Shown in pieces: positions 1 to 13,412 of a DNA stretch of 64,000 nucleotides (positions within the stretch are counted from its first letter, which is position 1; every line of letters begins with the position of its first letter). Both the position numbers and the translations under genes were made by a program. Source of the stretch: Mytilus edulis (Eukaryota). The stretch is taken from positions 15,066,001-15,130,000 of the forward strand of contig NC_092350.1 in assembly GCF_963676685.1 (NCBI RefSeq), read 5' to 3'. The notes beneath the pieces were generated by a model. The model was given only the letters and a program-made list of their open reading frames with translations, was not told the origin of the DNA and did not search any database.

Positions 1-421
1 AGTGTACGATTAACAGCAAAAGTAGGCGAGCGAACCCATACAAATTTTTTGGCAATCTTTCAATTGCATCATAAAAACACGAAAAAGAACTGTAATTTCA
101 GGCTCTTGGAAAGATGATATGTATTTAAAAGAGTAACTGAAAAAAAAAGGATAAAATGAGTAAAAAGGGGATACTGAGTAATGTAAATAACAATGAGTAA
201 TCTAAGCTACCAACCAAACACCAAAGTTACAGAAAGTTCTTAAGTTTGTTTTGAACTATAATTATAAGCAGAACTCAATATTGTGTCATGCAAATTTAGT
301 TGTGGCTTAGAATCTTTCCATAGTACTTGTAATGTCGATAATATGTCTTCAAAAATTAACAAAATATCCAACAAGAAAGAAGCAAATAAAAATATAAAAT
401 GCAAATAATTTAATTTTCTAG

Positions 422-3400
422 GTCAGTTTTTACAGAATCAACCTGGGCAAGATGACAATCCAGAAATGTTGAGCACATCTTCACTAAGAAGAAAACTTTT
501 CTTCCAGGGAGACAACTCAGGAGTTGCTATTAGTCCAGTCAAGTAAGTGAGACAAATATTTGGACAAAATTGTTGATTCTCAATCAGACCATTTTCTACA
601 TTTATTCCGTAAAAAGATTTTATTGATTTTGACGTTTTCATATGATCAGAATTAAAAGAAGAAATATTTGTAAATATGCAATAGAAAAGGGAATATTTGT
701 AAGTATGTACTAGAAAAAAAAACATTTATCTTCATGCTTCAAGTAAAAAGAATATTTTGTAGTGTACTCTTTTTGAATGCTGGGTGATTCTGTATTCTAT
801 ACCAAAACCAAAATTTACTCAGTAGAAGAATAGGATTCAGTTATATAGAAAGTTACTAACATTATCTGTTTTTTTATTTCAGAGGGTTTTTAGGAAAAGA
901 TGAATCAAGATTAGCTGGTGGTTGTGCTTCACCAGCTATCCTGTCTTCTAAAACTCCACAGAAAATAGAGAACCATGCTACACCACTAAAGACTCCTTCA
1001 AGGGTAAAATTTTCTTGTTTTAACATGATAAAACGCTCACAATTTATGTTTCCATGTCTAAATGTTTCTCTCTAGACCACGACATGGTATTTAAATCCTA
1101 TGGCACAGCATGATTTAAGTTGTTTATTTTAATGAAAAAGATGAAAACTCGCACTACTCCTAAAATAGGTTATTTCAAAACATGAATATATTTTACTGAT
1201 GTTTTCTTATGAAAAAACAGCTTTATTACTAAGAATTTTGGTTTGTATAGTCTGCATGTTTTTCTAGAGAGTAAGATAAGCTAGAAATAAGAGAAAAAAA
1301 TCGATTTGTGAGGTTTGTTTATGTTCTGCAATTTCGTTATTTAGATTGTAGAGGGGGTCCTTATTTGATATTGTCTGGACATTGAGCATCTATGAATAGA
1401 TCAATCATACCTTATGTCATGTCAGAGCACAACTGTTTATTTTGTCCAGATAAAAGTTTAAGGAAGTTAAATTATCATAAGGGCCCTCTCTACCTAATGG
1501 CAGGTCTCCCTATAGTCATGAAAGTGACCAGTCTGTCCTTCTGTAACAAATTGTGTCCCTATATCTAGAGAACCGTTATCATTTCATACTTTATTCTTGA
1601 CCTGTATATTAATCAACACCAGAGGGTGTGTCATAATTCAACTTCCTAGGTCAAGGATCAAGGTGGTAAACTTTGATTCAATTGACAACCACATGTCAAA
1701 TGGGAAAGGTACAAATTGTTTACCACACCTTATTAACAGCAAGGCCCACAGAGATGGCTCCCATCTCAATGATGTCTAGTTTTGACTATTGTTTCATAGT
1801 TATTAGTAGGTATAAACTAACACTCACATGTTTCCATGCTTTTTAACAGTGAAATAGTAAGTTTACCTTATCAACTTTTAAGAAATTTATGATCTTTACT
1901 GTTTTCAAGCATACCTTTATTACTTATACTTGTATTCCTTTTCAGAATCAGTTTTCTTCTAGTCCTATTAAGAATGTAAGAGATTTACATACACCACTGT
2001 ATAAAAGGACACCAGGTGAAAATTTTCTGGACAACCTGGACTTCTCACCTATAGTTCACGGTCATCTGTGTAAGTTTTGTATAAGTACCAGTCTGACTGA
2101 GAATCAAGTTGTGATAAAACAATTTAGAAAAAATAACTTTATTAAAACAAAAAGTATAAATTAAATTTATCTGTATTTCTTAATTCAAAAATAAAGTTGA
2201 AATAGAGAAAGAACTTATTGTGTTAAAAAAGGGATTTTTTACCATGAGGAGCCACATCACGAAAGGATGTTCAGGGTATGCTAATTTACGGGAAAAGTAA
2301 TCTCACTTCGTACCCTGAAAATTTAATCACATATGTGAAAATGTCGCTGCTTCGAAAAAAGCTATCATACATATCCAAGTTTACGACATGGACTGAGCTA
2401 CAGGGAAAACGTTACCATGACTGCCTATGGAAAAACAATTAAAGATGTTGACCAAAATACTAGAACAAGTAACCAAGAATGCATACATGAAAATTTTCTT
2501 ACTCAGAATCAATGGTTAGATTAGAATGCTAAGAGGAGATTGAAGTTTTCTTTGAATTCACATCGTATTGGGAATTATAAAACAGTAATGGAAAAATATT
2601 TATAGGTCACTAAAAAATGTACTCACCCATACTAATGGCATAAAGTGTGTCAAAGTTAATATATTGTATTTCACAGAATTACAAAAAAAATTATATATCA
2701 TTATAATTTTTATTCTAATTCTCCAAAAACTAGTATGCTTTGTCTTAATGTTATTTTACTTGTACCAACGGGTTTGTTGTCTGTAATGCCAATTTAGTTT
2801 ACTAATTATTTATGTCATATTTTACAGCTCGAGTTAGGTCATCGGGATTATTTAATCCACATAATGGCAGTTTTGTAGAGGATGAATGCTCTCCTATTAA
2901 AGATGAACATTTAGCTAGACCACTGGAAAGTCCAGAGATATCACCAATCAAACCTGCAGTATTACTCAAAACACCGTCCATCTCTAACAGTGCTATAAAA
3001 CCGTCCTTCCATAGTCCGGGTGTGTCACCGATAGCTGTTGCATCACCTGTTTTGTCCCCGCCACATGACGGATCATTTATTCAGACACATGGTAAAGAAA
3101 ACTCCACTGTTGTAAACTTTCATAATGTTTCACTTATGATGATGGTTTAAACAGTTAACATAATGTCATTTTGTCCCACCTGCATGAAAAAGGTGTGTTG
3201 TTTCTAGCAACACACCAAAAAAGTCCATCAGTGTAAACAATTGCTTACGGTTTTAGTTTGGTTTCTATAGTACATGTACTAAGAATAGGCATTATTCCGT
3301 GTTTAGAGTTTATTTTGATTTAAGATATTCACCTTAGGAATAGATAATGTCTGAAAAATCTCAAAAAATTATGTGTTAAAACATCAGTTACATATTTTCA

Positions 3401-4008
3401 AGAAATTTAACATAAAGATTTTGGAATGTAGTTTTTTTAAATAAAACTTGTAGCAAATATTACCACCAAAAAACTACATTCCAAAATCTTTATGTTAAAT
3501 TTCTTGAAAATATGTAACTGATGTTTTAACACATAATTTTTTTGAGATTTTTCAGTCAAAGATTTTTTTGAATGCAGAACAATATCTGATTATTTTTACT
3601 AAAAAGTTTGCTTTTCTTGAAATACCAAGAATTCTAGATTTTATATAACACTCTCATGGTCATTAGAAATGCTAGAAGGGCAACATATTTACAAAACTAC
3701 CATAGAAAACAGGCAGTGCAATTGTCTAAGGTTTATTTGAAAACATTAGACAATTTCTAATGTTGCAGGCAAACATTTATCTCCCCTGAACCTATCAATT
3801 CTTCTAGAGAAAAAATATGGTAAAAAACTTCTTGTTATCTACTTGATTATAAACAATTGAAGTTCAGGTTGATTTGTTTAAAAAAACAAACATGTAAAAT
3901 ACCCAATTTTGATATAAAACTGAAAAATATGTGAGAATTTCCAATTAAAAACTCAAATAAATTTCAATGAAGTCATGATTCATCATATTATTATCATTTC
4001 ATTATTTC

Positions 4009-4039
<31 letters not shown>

Positions 4040-5913
4040 TTGTAATGTATTCAAGAACAGAAAATGTTGCTACCATATAAATATGAACCCCGTTTCAGAC
4101 TGGATCAACACATCAGGTCAGATTATTAATATAAAAGATTACAAGTTAACTTGCCCTTGAAACTATGTCTCCTATTCATAAGGCATTAATCCACCTCAGT
4201 CCTAATTCTTACTTCTAATGCCACATTCAAAAGTGGAAGTAGCAAATTGTGGATGTTAATGTCATAACCTGACAAGACCAGGAATACACTAGAGGCTATT
4301 GTAGCATTTCCCTTAATGAACAGTAGAGATATATTTTTTATAAAATTATGATAAAGTTATATTAGATTAAAAGATTATTTATTTATTTTCAGAATGTTCA
4401 CCTGAGGATTCTGATGAGGATATGAAAACTCCATTACCTGCTGAGGTAAATGAAGATAAATTAAAGAAGGCTGAATCGTGTCGGAAAGTATCAACACTTG
4501 GTCGACATAGACAAAGGAATATATTCCCAGAATTTGATGACACAGCAATGGACTTTGAACCTGTGCCAATTCATAAAAACTTAAGATTTGCTGATGTTGA
4601 TGATATAAAAACATCAAGTTTACTAGTCAATCGTGATACGTCTTTTGGTGATATGGAACTAACAAATGATAATGTAATTCAGCCAAATTCCACCAGTCAG
4701 GATACAGGCTATCAAACAACTAGCTTACAAATGACCAGTCAGGACACAGCTAGTGGGTCAGCCTCAAGTTTGACCAATCATTTTCCAGTTAACTCAACTG
4801 GTATTTCAAATTCTGATGTTGTATTTTATGGGCGACCATCTACAGTATTTTCAGATATACAACATACAAATTTGACAGCTCAGTTTGGCTCTTTGCCAAC
4901 AAATTCATTTTATTACGAGGGTGATAGTGTATTAGACTGTAATGATCACCCTATGTCTAGTCCAAAGGAAAGTTTAGTTCACCATATCTTAGATATAACA
5001 AATCCAGAAAAGTTTGGCCATGGACCATATTCTGAAGAAGAGATTATAGATAGAGCAAGGAAAGTTTTACAGCTAGCCAATGAAATGTATCCCGAGTCAA
5101 ATCAAAGTAATGAAAGAGAGGTACAAGATATTTGTGATAAAACAGGGTTATCTACCTTGCATGAGCTAGAAACAATTGTATCACCGGAAAAAGGCTTCCA
5201 TCATGTCCATACCCACGTGCCTTTTAAATCTGCCAGTAAGTATGAGTTAGATATTGAATACAAACACTATGTTGTTTTTAGTCATAGAAGATTTTGCCAA
5301 TTATCTGTTCTGATGTTGTATAGTAGATTATGGATAACAAATTACAGTTTTTTCAGATATATATATACAAAATACAAACATAACAGCTCAGTTAGTAGCT
5401 ACTTGAAAATTGATTAAGGACTGCACATCATTTTTTTATCAATTTTATACACATGATAAATGATATGTATAGCACATGCAAAACAAAAATGACAATTTCA
5501 TTGATAACAAAATGTGCATCACCGGTTTAGTTGTAACCTGCTATGATTATCTTGATTATGAATGATTTTTTTTTCGTTCATATATATTTTTGTATTGAAT
5601 AACCAGATTAACTTTTGTAAGTGGCATTCTTTTTCAATCATTCCTTGTCAGAGCACATATATATCATGATAATAGGTTGCTGAGTCTTAATGAGTTGCAA
5701 TTCAAAAATGTATCAGAGAAGTTTCAAGGCTCATTTTAACAAAATGAGATCTTTTCAGATTTAGATCTAAAAAACTATTAATATTTGATATTTATTTTTT
5801 CAGGTGATCAAGCAATGGAGATTTTACGTCGAGCCGGAGAAGACCTGGCTAAGTTTGGACATTTATTATCATCAATTAAGTCATCAGCAGAGAAAAGTAT
5901 TCTGAACTTATGA
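422..5913 (+). CDS. BORA: Protein aurora borealis (Aurora A/Plk1 cofactor), 3' six coding exons; 5' exons lie upstream of the window
   Basis: Phase-consistent GT-AG exons: 422-542, 883-1003, 1946-2069, 2828-3091, 4393-5235, 5804-5913 (TGA). Translation has the Bora hallmarks SSLRRKLF (exon 1) and QFSSSPI (exon 3), many SP/TP sites, and a degron-like DTGYQT (4701-4718). Confidence 0.88.
1348..1493. mobile_element. Small MITE-like element in a BORA intron
   Basis: Imperfect 17-bp terminal inverted repeats gtagagggggtccttat / ataagggccctctctac. Confidence 0.55.
3351..3555. repeat. Near-perfect inverted repeat (~87-bp arms, ~30-bp spacer)
   Basis: 3351-3437 is the reverse complement of 3468-3555, apart from homopolymer length. 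Confidence 0.9.
4010..4038. repeat. Poly-C homopolymer
   Basis: Run of about 29 C in a BORA intron. Confidence 0.9.
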
Positions 5914-7703
5914 TATTTATTGTATGATCAATCTTCTATGCCTTTATCAGTATTTTATTGTTAGAAACATCTTAAGTGATTTTGTTTTTATTTGAAAGAT
6001 GAATACATCATGTACATGTAGTTTGTAGGTACAATAGTGGTCAATTTCCAGAAATCCTATGTAATAGATAAATACTTATTTACTTGACTAAGATTAATTT
6101 GGCTTGTTTAATTTTCATAAAGATTTGACAAAAAATTTAATGTGACACTTTGACAAATTTTGAAAATTTGCACAACAAACCTGTTTGGAAAATTTTTATA
6201 GGATATTTAGCAGTATGACAAACACTGATTTTGATCATTGATAAGCTTTATATTTCCTTATCAATAGAAATGTGATGAATGTTCAGCTAATTTAACAGAG
6301 TTATCTCCCTGTAGTATCATGTACCTTAAATAGTACAAAACATTTCCTAATCCTGAAAATAAATGAATCCACAGTTCTCATGATGTTTGGTCATTGTTAA
6401 TTAGTTCTATCTAAGAATATTGTATATTATACAATGATCAACTTATGTTTAGATTTTGAAAATTAAAAACATTTAAAAGGACGTATAATTATAAGATATC
6501 AAACACTGTTTTCAACTTGATAATTGCATAATATTTTTGGCAAAATTGTTTTTAATTAGATATAGAAATTAATTAGGACGGTTTCTATTGCAATTTGACA
6601 TCATGTAACTAGTTATGATTGAATGACCATTCTGTCCTTTCCAGGATCAAATTCTTAAGAATCATTGTTGAGAATTAGCAGTCACTGTTTCAAATTTATT
6701 TAAATGATTAATATCGAATATTTAACATGTATTGCATTATAACATGTATAATGGAAATGGGTAATATTTTTAAAAACATACAAACAAAATATGATTGGGG
6801 CTAGCAATAATGAAAATTCAACCAATGGTTTGACAAAATGTTCAATTTGAATCATGTGGAAATGAACATTTAGATTACCTATAGTTCTTTAGACTCAGAA
6901 ATGGTGAATTATGATGTTATCATGGTTATAGTTTCTATCTTTTAATTATGATCTCCAATATTCTTTCCTTTTTTACTCAGAAATATAGAGAGTTTGAATT
7001 AAATTCATTGATATTTAGATAGTTAGAATATTTCTCTTATAAGTATTTAAAAAATTCCCACATTGGCTGACAGTTTTTTTTTTTTTTTATCTTATCTCAA
7101 ATATATTCAAAGTATTTTACCATTAAGAATGGTTTTTGAATTTGTTCTCCATTTCCAAAATATAAACAGATCAAATACTCATTGCATGTAAAAAAAAAAA
7201 GTAAACATGTTGATAGAAAGGCATAATTATGGAATTATTTAGTGCATCATTCAATTTGATTGCATTCTTAACATGCATTATTTTAGAGGGGCCCTCCATT
7301 TTAGGTCCTTATGGGAAATGAAAAAAAAAACAAAAAAACAGAGACATAAAAGAAGTGAAGAATGGGTTTTGGGTAGAAATAGTCATCATATTATTAAACA
7401 TTAAATTTGAAGATTAGTTTTTAAAAGAAAAATTAACAGTAGCTCTTATCATGATCATTCCTTTTTTTTTTCATTCACATTCACGTTTTAGACAGATTTG
7501 TGAATGTCTCATAATTGCATAGAGGTTTTCTTTTTTAGCTGACAGATTGTTTCTAGTGAATATAATGTGTATTGTAAGATTACGGTTTAATCTTAAATTG
7601 TTGAATTTTAATAATGATGTGTACATGTATTGTTTATTTTAATGTGCATTTGATATTTATTATCCTACTCATAATATAATTATTTTATATATTCAATTTA
7701 TTA

Positions 7704-7709
7704 AATAAA
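7704..7709 (+). terminator. Candidate BORA polyadenylation signal
   Basis: AATAAA after a U-rich stretch and followed by a GT-rich tract, ~1.8 kb past the stop codon. The AT-rich background weakens the call. Confidence 0.4.
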
Positions 7710-8349
7710 ATGTTGAATTTCTGTTGTAAAATGATGCTGCCATGGATGAAAACAGAAAAGTGAAAGATACCAAAGGAATAGAAGGTGTTACTTTTTTTAA
7801 CTGCACCATTGTCATGATTGTAGAGGCTCATGGGGTGTCAAAGTAATCACATAATCACAATTTGTTTGCCAATAAAATCACACGATCATTAATATTTTTT
7901 ATAAAGAAATAATTAAATAATAAAAAATACAAACCTAGATTTTCAAATAATCAAAAAATCATGAAATATTTGGTCTGGTAATAATATAATCACTGTAAAA
8001 ACGTCCAAGTAATCACATAATCAAAACCCTGATGAGGAGGCTAATTGTACTTTGTGTCAACAATTCAATGTCAAGAATTCCTATTCCAAGATATCAGTAT
8101 CATTCCCATTTGGCGGCTAATGATAGTTGATACAAGGTGATGTTAGAATCAATGCATTTCAGGCTCATTGTGTAACCCCCAGTCTTACCCCAGAGTATTT
8201 CATGGTTTCTGGTCAGGTTACACTCCAGTGTATGCCAGGAAGATTAAGGTGACAAAAGAATGAAACATGAAAATTTTACACATGCATGTAAATTTTTATT
8301 TAAAAAAAACCCTAATGATATATATATATATACATTTACATTTTCTACC

Positions 8350-8720
8350 GCAATAAAGTCACTTGCAGGCTTAATACCTGTTGCTCCGCTATGTCAGGTT
8401 GGGGAGGGTACAGTGGTGCAAACTATTTTTCCCCTACACATACTGTATGTGCCTGTCCCGAGTCATGAGCCTGTAATTCAGTGGTTGACAAGTATCTGTA
8501 TATAAAAAAAAAATTTGTGCATCATTTGGTACAGAAGTCAGGACGTCAGTTTCTCTTTTGACTGACTGATTTACATATGTCATTTTGGGACCTTTTATAG
8601 CTGACTATGCAGTAGGGGTTTTTATCATTGTTGAAGACCATACAGTAACCTATAGGTATTAATTTCAATGTCATTTAGTCTTGTGGAGTTATCTCATTGA
8701 CATCATACCACATCTTATTT
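8350..8720. mobile_element. SINE-like dispersed repeat (related pieces near 9620-9680, 16705-16810, 19055-19250, 31690-31860, 33800-34200, 53650-53830, 56595-56760)
   Basis: Recurrent blocks tatagctgactatgcagta...cattgttgaag.ccatacagt.acctatag and aagatgtggtatg.ttgccaatgagacaact occur in both orientations across the window. Confidence 0.7.
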
Positions 8721-10210
8721 TTTATAACTACTGTAAAAGGATATAAATTTAGCTCATCTGAGCTGTTTTCACTTGGCATCTATCATTTTCCTAATAAAAA
8801 AAAATGTCTTCTTTTAAACCACAGAGTCAATTTACACCAAAACAATATATATCACAATAATCTAATCTATGGTGGTTTCTAACAGAAAAAAAAAAAAAGT
8901 ATACACATCTATTTGTTGGTGAAATAGAAATCTCTTTTATAATAAAATACTTGATTATCCTGCTACATATGACCAACAAATGATAACAATCCATTTTCAC
9001 ATCAAGCTTTGCATTTTTTAATATCCTCTGAAATCACTGGCAAATTTACAGTATTGGCAAAGTTGACCACTTTCATTCAAACAGTGTCTTGTTAATAATA
9101 CAAGTAATATGTAAATGTAGATCATGACCAATATGGCAATATAAGGACGATATGGGTTAAATGTATATAATTTTCAATTATTATTGTGTTGAATTTGTCT
9201 CGTGACCAAATGACATGCGGCCCCTTTTAATCTTAATTCTTATATTTGAAAATTAAATAGTTCCTTTTCAGTGTAATTATTATCAACACCTACATAACAG
9301 ATGTCTTCTATGGCTAAAAAAGAATGTTTGATATTCTTTAAACATAATTTATAATGTTATAGATAATTCCATTTGTATTAGTGCTGAAATGTTTCTCAAT
9401 TAGAAGTTATAGCTCTTGCCTCTTTCCTTTTTATGCAGCATGGTCATAATTATGGAGCTATAAGGTTGATGTTCTAAGCTTTGGCCAGAATTGCATAATC
9501 AAAATCAAACTATCTCAAAGTGAAGTGAGGACACGTATTTACTCAACTGCACAGGCATCGCATAGGTTTGCACTTTTAAAAGTATGTCACATATGCCTGC
9601 CATTGCATTAAATATAAGAATAAGAAGATGTGGTATGTTTGCCAATGAGACAACTTTCCACAAGAAACCAATAGATGTACAAGAGATATATTAAAAATGT
9701 CTGACAGTTACTTTACATATGATTTCTAAGCTGGATCGACATTCAGTCACTGAAAGTTGTTAAATCCAGATGAGTGATTCAGACTCCAAAAATTATCTCA
9801 ATATATTTAAAAATAAGAAGAAAGGGGATGATTTCCAATGAAACTCCACCAGAGACCAAATGACATAGCTATACTAGCGTCAAGTCTTACGTTGTTGATT
9901 CTTACAACAGCATTAATTCTTTACCAGTGAAATTACTTAAAGCAAAATATTAAAAACGTTGTTTACATTCCGTTCTTAATTGGCCTCTGGTCGAATTTTG
10001 TCTAATTTGCAATTATACTAGATCTGCTTATTTCATAAATGTTACAATTAAATGTAAATGAATAAAATATTACATCATTTGTTTTGGGATTTAATATTCT
10101 AAAAGTCTTAGATTACCTTAGCTGTATTTGACAAAACTTTTAGGAATTTTGGTCCTCAATGCTCTTCAACTTCGTACTTTATTTGGACTTTTTAACTTTT
10201 TTGGATTCGA

Positions 10211-10253
10211 GCGTCACTGATAGTCTTTTGTAGACGAAACGCGCGTCTGGCGT
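10211..10253 (+). ncRNA. Minimal type I hammerhead ribozyme, core deletion (CUGAU-A)
   Basis: Stem I gcgtca/tggcgt, stem II gtc/gac, GAAA, palindromic stem III loop gcgc, GUC cleavage triplet. G8 is missing. Confidence 0.7.
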
Positions 10254-10574
10254 ATATACAAAATTAAGTCCTGGTATCTATGATGAGTTTATTTACAACA
10301 ACTTGGTCGATGCCACTGCTGGTTGAGATTTATTTCCCCGAGGGTATCACCAGCCCAGTAGTCAGCACTTTTTTGTTCTGACATGAATTATCATTGATAT
10401 GGTTATATTTATAAATTACCTGTTAAGAAAATTTTGAATTTTTGAAATACTAAGGCTTTTCTGCCTCAGGCATAGATTACCTTAGCTGTATTTGACAAAA
10501 CTTTTAGGAAATTTGGTCCTCAATGCTTTTCAACTTCTTACTTTATTTCGCCTTTTTAACTTTTTTGGATTCGA

Positions 10575-10618
10575 GCGTCACCGATGAGTCTTTTGTAGAC
10601 GAAACGCGCGTCTGGCAT
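10575..10618 (+). ncRNA. Minimal type I hammerhead ribozyme, core variant (CCGAUGA)
   Basis: Same fold as 10211-10253 with a U4-to-C change and one stem I mismatch. Confidence 0.72.
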
Positions 10619-11589
10619 ATATACAAAATTTAGTCCTGGTATCTATGAGTTTATATACATGTAAGCAATTGGTTTCAAGTAAATAGTTATTATTTTGATT
10701 CATAAACAGGTACTAGTATTTCTGATATTTTTTTTCCGGGATAAATCAGTTGAAAGAGGAACGCAAAGCTGGAGTAGAAACTGTATACCTGAATAATTAA
10801 AATCTTTCTTGATCACCCAAGTAGATTTTAGTCGAATATAAAAAATCTTTTATTTATAGAATGATACCTTACTTGAGATTGGTTGTTTGCTTCACCTTCG
10901 ATTGCAAAGATGTCATGCACGTGCAGGAACAAATTAACAATTATAAATATTTAGGGTCATAAGAGGCTGTCCGGGATGGAGGACGGGGAAATTTGCACTG
11001 CTACTAGAAAATGGGGGATTTGAAAGGGACAGCAATTTTGCCATATGTATAATAATACATAAATAATCTGAAGCATAATTAAAATACATTTAAACAAACC
11101 ACACTTGAGCGAGATGGCTTCATCCTTGTGTTTTGTCTGCGCGGTGTTAATATAACAACACATTATGATATGTCAATTACGGCGTTTTGCATTTGCGCCG
11201 ATCTGCTTTTCATTTGCGCCGAACTTTTCTTTCATTTGCGCCGAATTTTCTTTCATTTGCACCGATTGTCTTCTGGTAAATTAGTCAAATTAAAAGATAA
11301 AATTCACGGAGTAAAAATCTGCAGCCTTCAAAAGCATTACATTAAAATCTATAAAAAGTAATGCAATGAATTTCAAATCTGTTCTTGATAGTATTTATAG
11401 GCTACACATGTGATTTATCTAATTCCTTCCTTGTAATTTCATCTCTTCTATACTTGTTGCACTTAATTGGCTTTTCTAAATGACATCCATAAAAGACATA
11501 TATGTTAGGATGGTGCGAATAGAACTATTCATTGTATAATGCAAATCAGTAAAACGATACTTGACCGTTATTCGTCCTCTAGCAGATTT

Positions 11590-13412
11590 AACCAGATGCT
11601 CCGCAGGGCGTAGCTTTATACGACCGCAGAGGTTGAACCCTGAACGGTTGGGGCAAGTATGGACACAACATTCAAGCTGGATTCAGCTCTAAATTTGGAT
11701 TGTGATTAAATAGTTGACACAGCATAGGTTTCTGACACAGAATGAATGTGTTCTAATGAACTTCAAATTTTTGTTTTCTCTTAAAGCAATTCACTATGCT
11801 GTTGAATATAAATCCTCTCAAAAAAATGTTTGAAGAAATTTTCTTTTTTATTTATGAAATTTCAAATGAGAAAAATTGAACCAATTTTTTTTAATCACAT
11901 CCCCCTTTCCCTTATTCCAAAACTAATCTCAATTAAAATTTCTAATGGAGTTTGCAACAATAACTACTCATTTAAATACATCATAAAATATTAAGATGTA
12001 AAAAAACTGCTTGTTATCACTGAATGGTAAAGATTATTTTAATTTATCAGTTGGTAGTAAAAAGTGAATATACATTGTATATTGTATATCACAAAGATTT
12101 AAGTTGATTCTGGACAAAGAAAGATAACTCCAATTAAAAAAAAATCTTGCTATTGCACATTATTTTGCAATTAGATATTTCTTGCTTACTATTCTGGACA
12201 AAGAAAGATAACTCTAATTAAAAAAAAATTGCTATTTCACAATATTGTGCAATTAGATATTTCTTGCCATTGCGCAATACTGTGCAATTGAAAAGACTTG
12301 CTATTGCACAATACTTAATATAATAATTGTAGATCCTGATTTGGACCAACTTGAAAACTGGGCCCATAATAAAAAATCTAAGTACATTTTTGGATTCAGC
12401 ATATCAAAGAACCCCAAGATTTCAATCTTTGTTCAAATCAGACTAAGTTTAATTTTGGACCCTTTGGACTTTAGTGTAGACCAATTTGAAAACAGGACCA
12501 AAAATGAAGAATCTACATACACAGTTAGATTTGGTATATCAAAGAACCCCATTTATTCAATTTTTGATGAAATCAAACAAAGTTTAATTTTGGACCCTGA
12601 TTTGGACCAACTTGAAAACTGGGCCAATAATCAAGAATCTAAGTACAATTTTAGATTCAGCATATCAAAGAACCTAACTGATTCATTTTTTGTCAAAATC
12701 AAACTAAGTTTAATTTTGGACCCTTTGGACCTTAATGTAGACCAATTTGAAAACGGGAGCAAAAGTTAAGAATCTACATACACAGTCATGACAGTTAGAT
12801 TCGGCATATCAAAGAACCCCAATTATTCAATTTTGATGAAATCAAACAAAGTTTAATTTTGGACCCTTTGGGCCCCTTATTCTGTTGGGACCAAAACTCC
12901 CAAAATCAATACCAACCTTCCTTTTATGGTCATAAACCTTGTGTTTAAATTTCATAGATTTCTATTTACTTATACTAACGTTATGGTGCGAAAACCAAGA
13001 AAAATGCTTATTTGGGCCCTTTTTTTGCCCCTAATTCCTAAACTGTTGAAACCAAAACTCCCAAAATCAATCCCAACCGTTCTTTTGTGGTCATAAACCT
13101 TGTGTCAAAATTCCATAGATTTCTATTAACTTAAACTAAAGTTATAGTGCGAAAACCAAGAAAATGCTTATTTGGACCCTTTTTGGCCCCTAATTCCTAA
13201 AATGTTGGGACCAAAACTCCCAAAATCAATACCAACCTTCCTTTTGTGGTCATAAACCTTGTGTTAAAATTTCATAGATTTCCATTCACTTTGACTAAAG
13301 TTAGAGTGCGAAAACTAAAAGTATTCGGACGACGACGACGACGACGACGACGACGCCAACGTGATAGCAATATACGACGAAATTTTTTTCAAATTTTGCG
13401 GTCGTATAAAAA
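11590..13412 (-). mobile_element. Helentron-associated non-autonomous element (HINE/DINE-1-like) with internal tandem repeats
   Basis: Subterminal inverted repeats tttatacgaccgca (11615-11628) and tgcggtcgtataaa (13397-13410), a partial internal IR next to the right one, (GAC)n microsatellite 13328-13354, internal tandem arrays 12331-12870 and 12885-13320, and a GC-rich terminal segment. Confidence 0.82.

Larger units (their letters stand above)
10109..10655 (+). mobile_element. Retrozyme-like tandem repeat (~365-nt monomer, ~1.5 units) with two type I hammerhead motifs
   Basis: A direct repeat starts at 10109 and again at 10473. Each unit carries gcgtca-C(T/C)GAT(G)A-gtc-ttttgta-gac-GAAA-c-gcgc-g-TC-tggc(g/a)t. 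Confidence 0.85.

Noticed and set aside
3975-4160. Polyproline ORF
   Set aside because: It is produced by an intronic poly-C run.
7600-7700. Cytoplasmic polyadenylation elements in the BORA 3' UTR
   Set aside because: TTTTAAT/TTTTAT motifs are present but expected by chance at this AT content.
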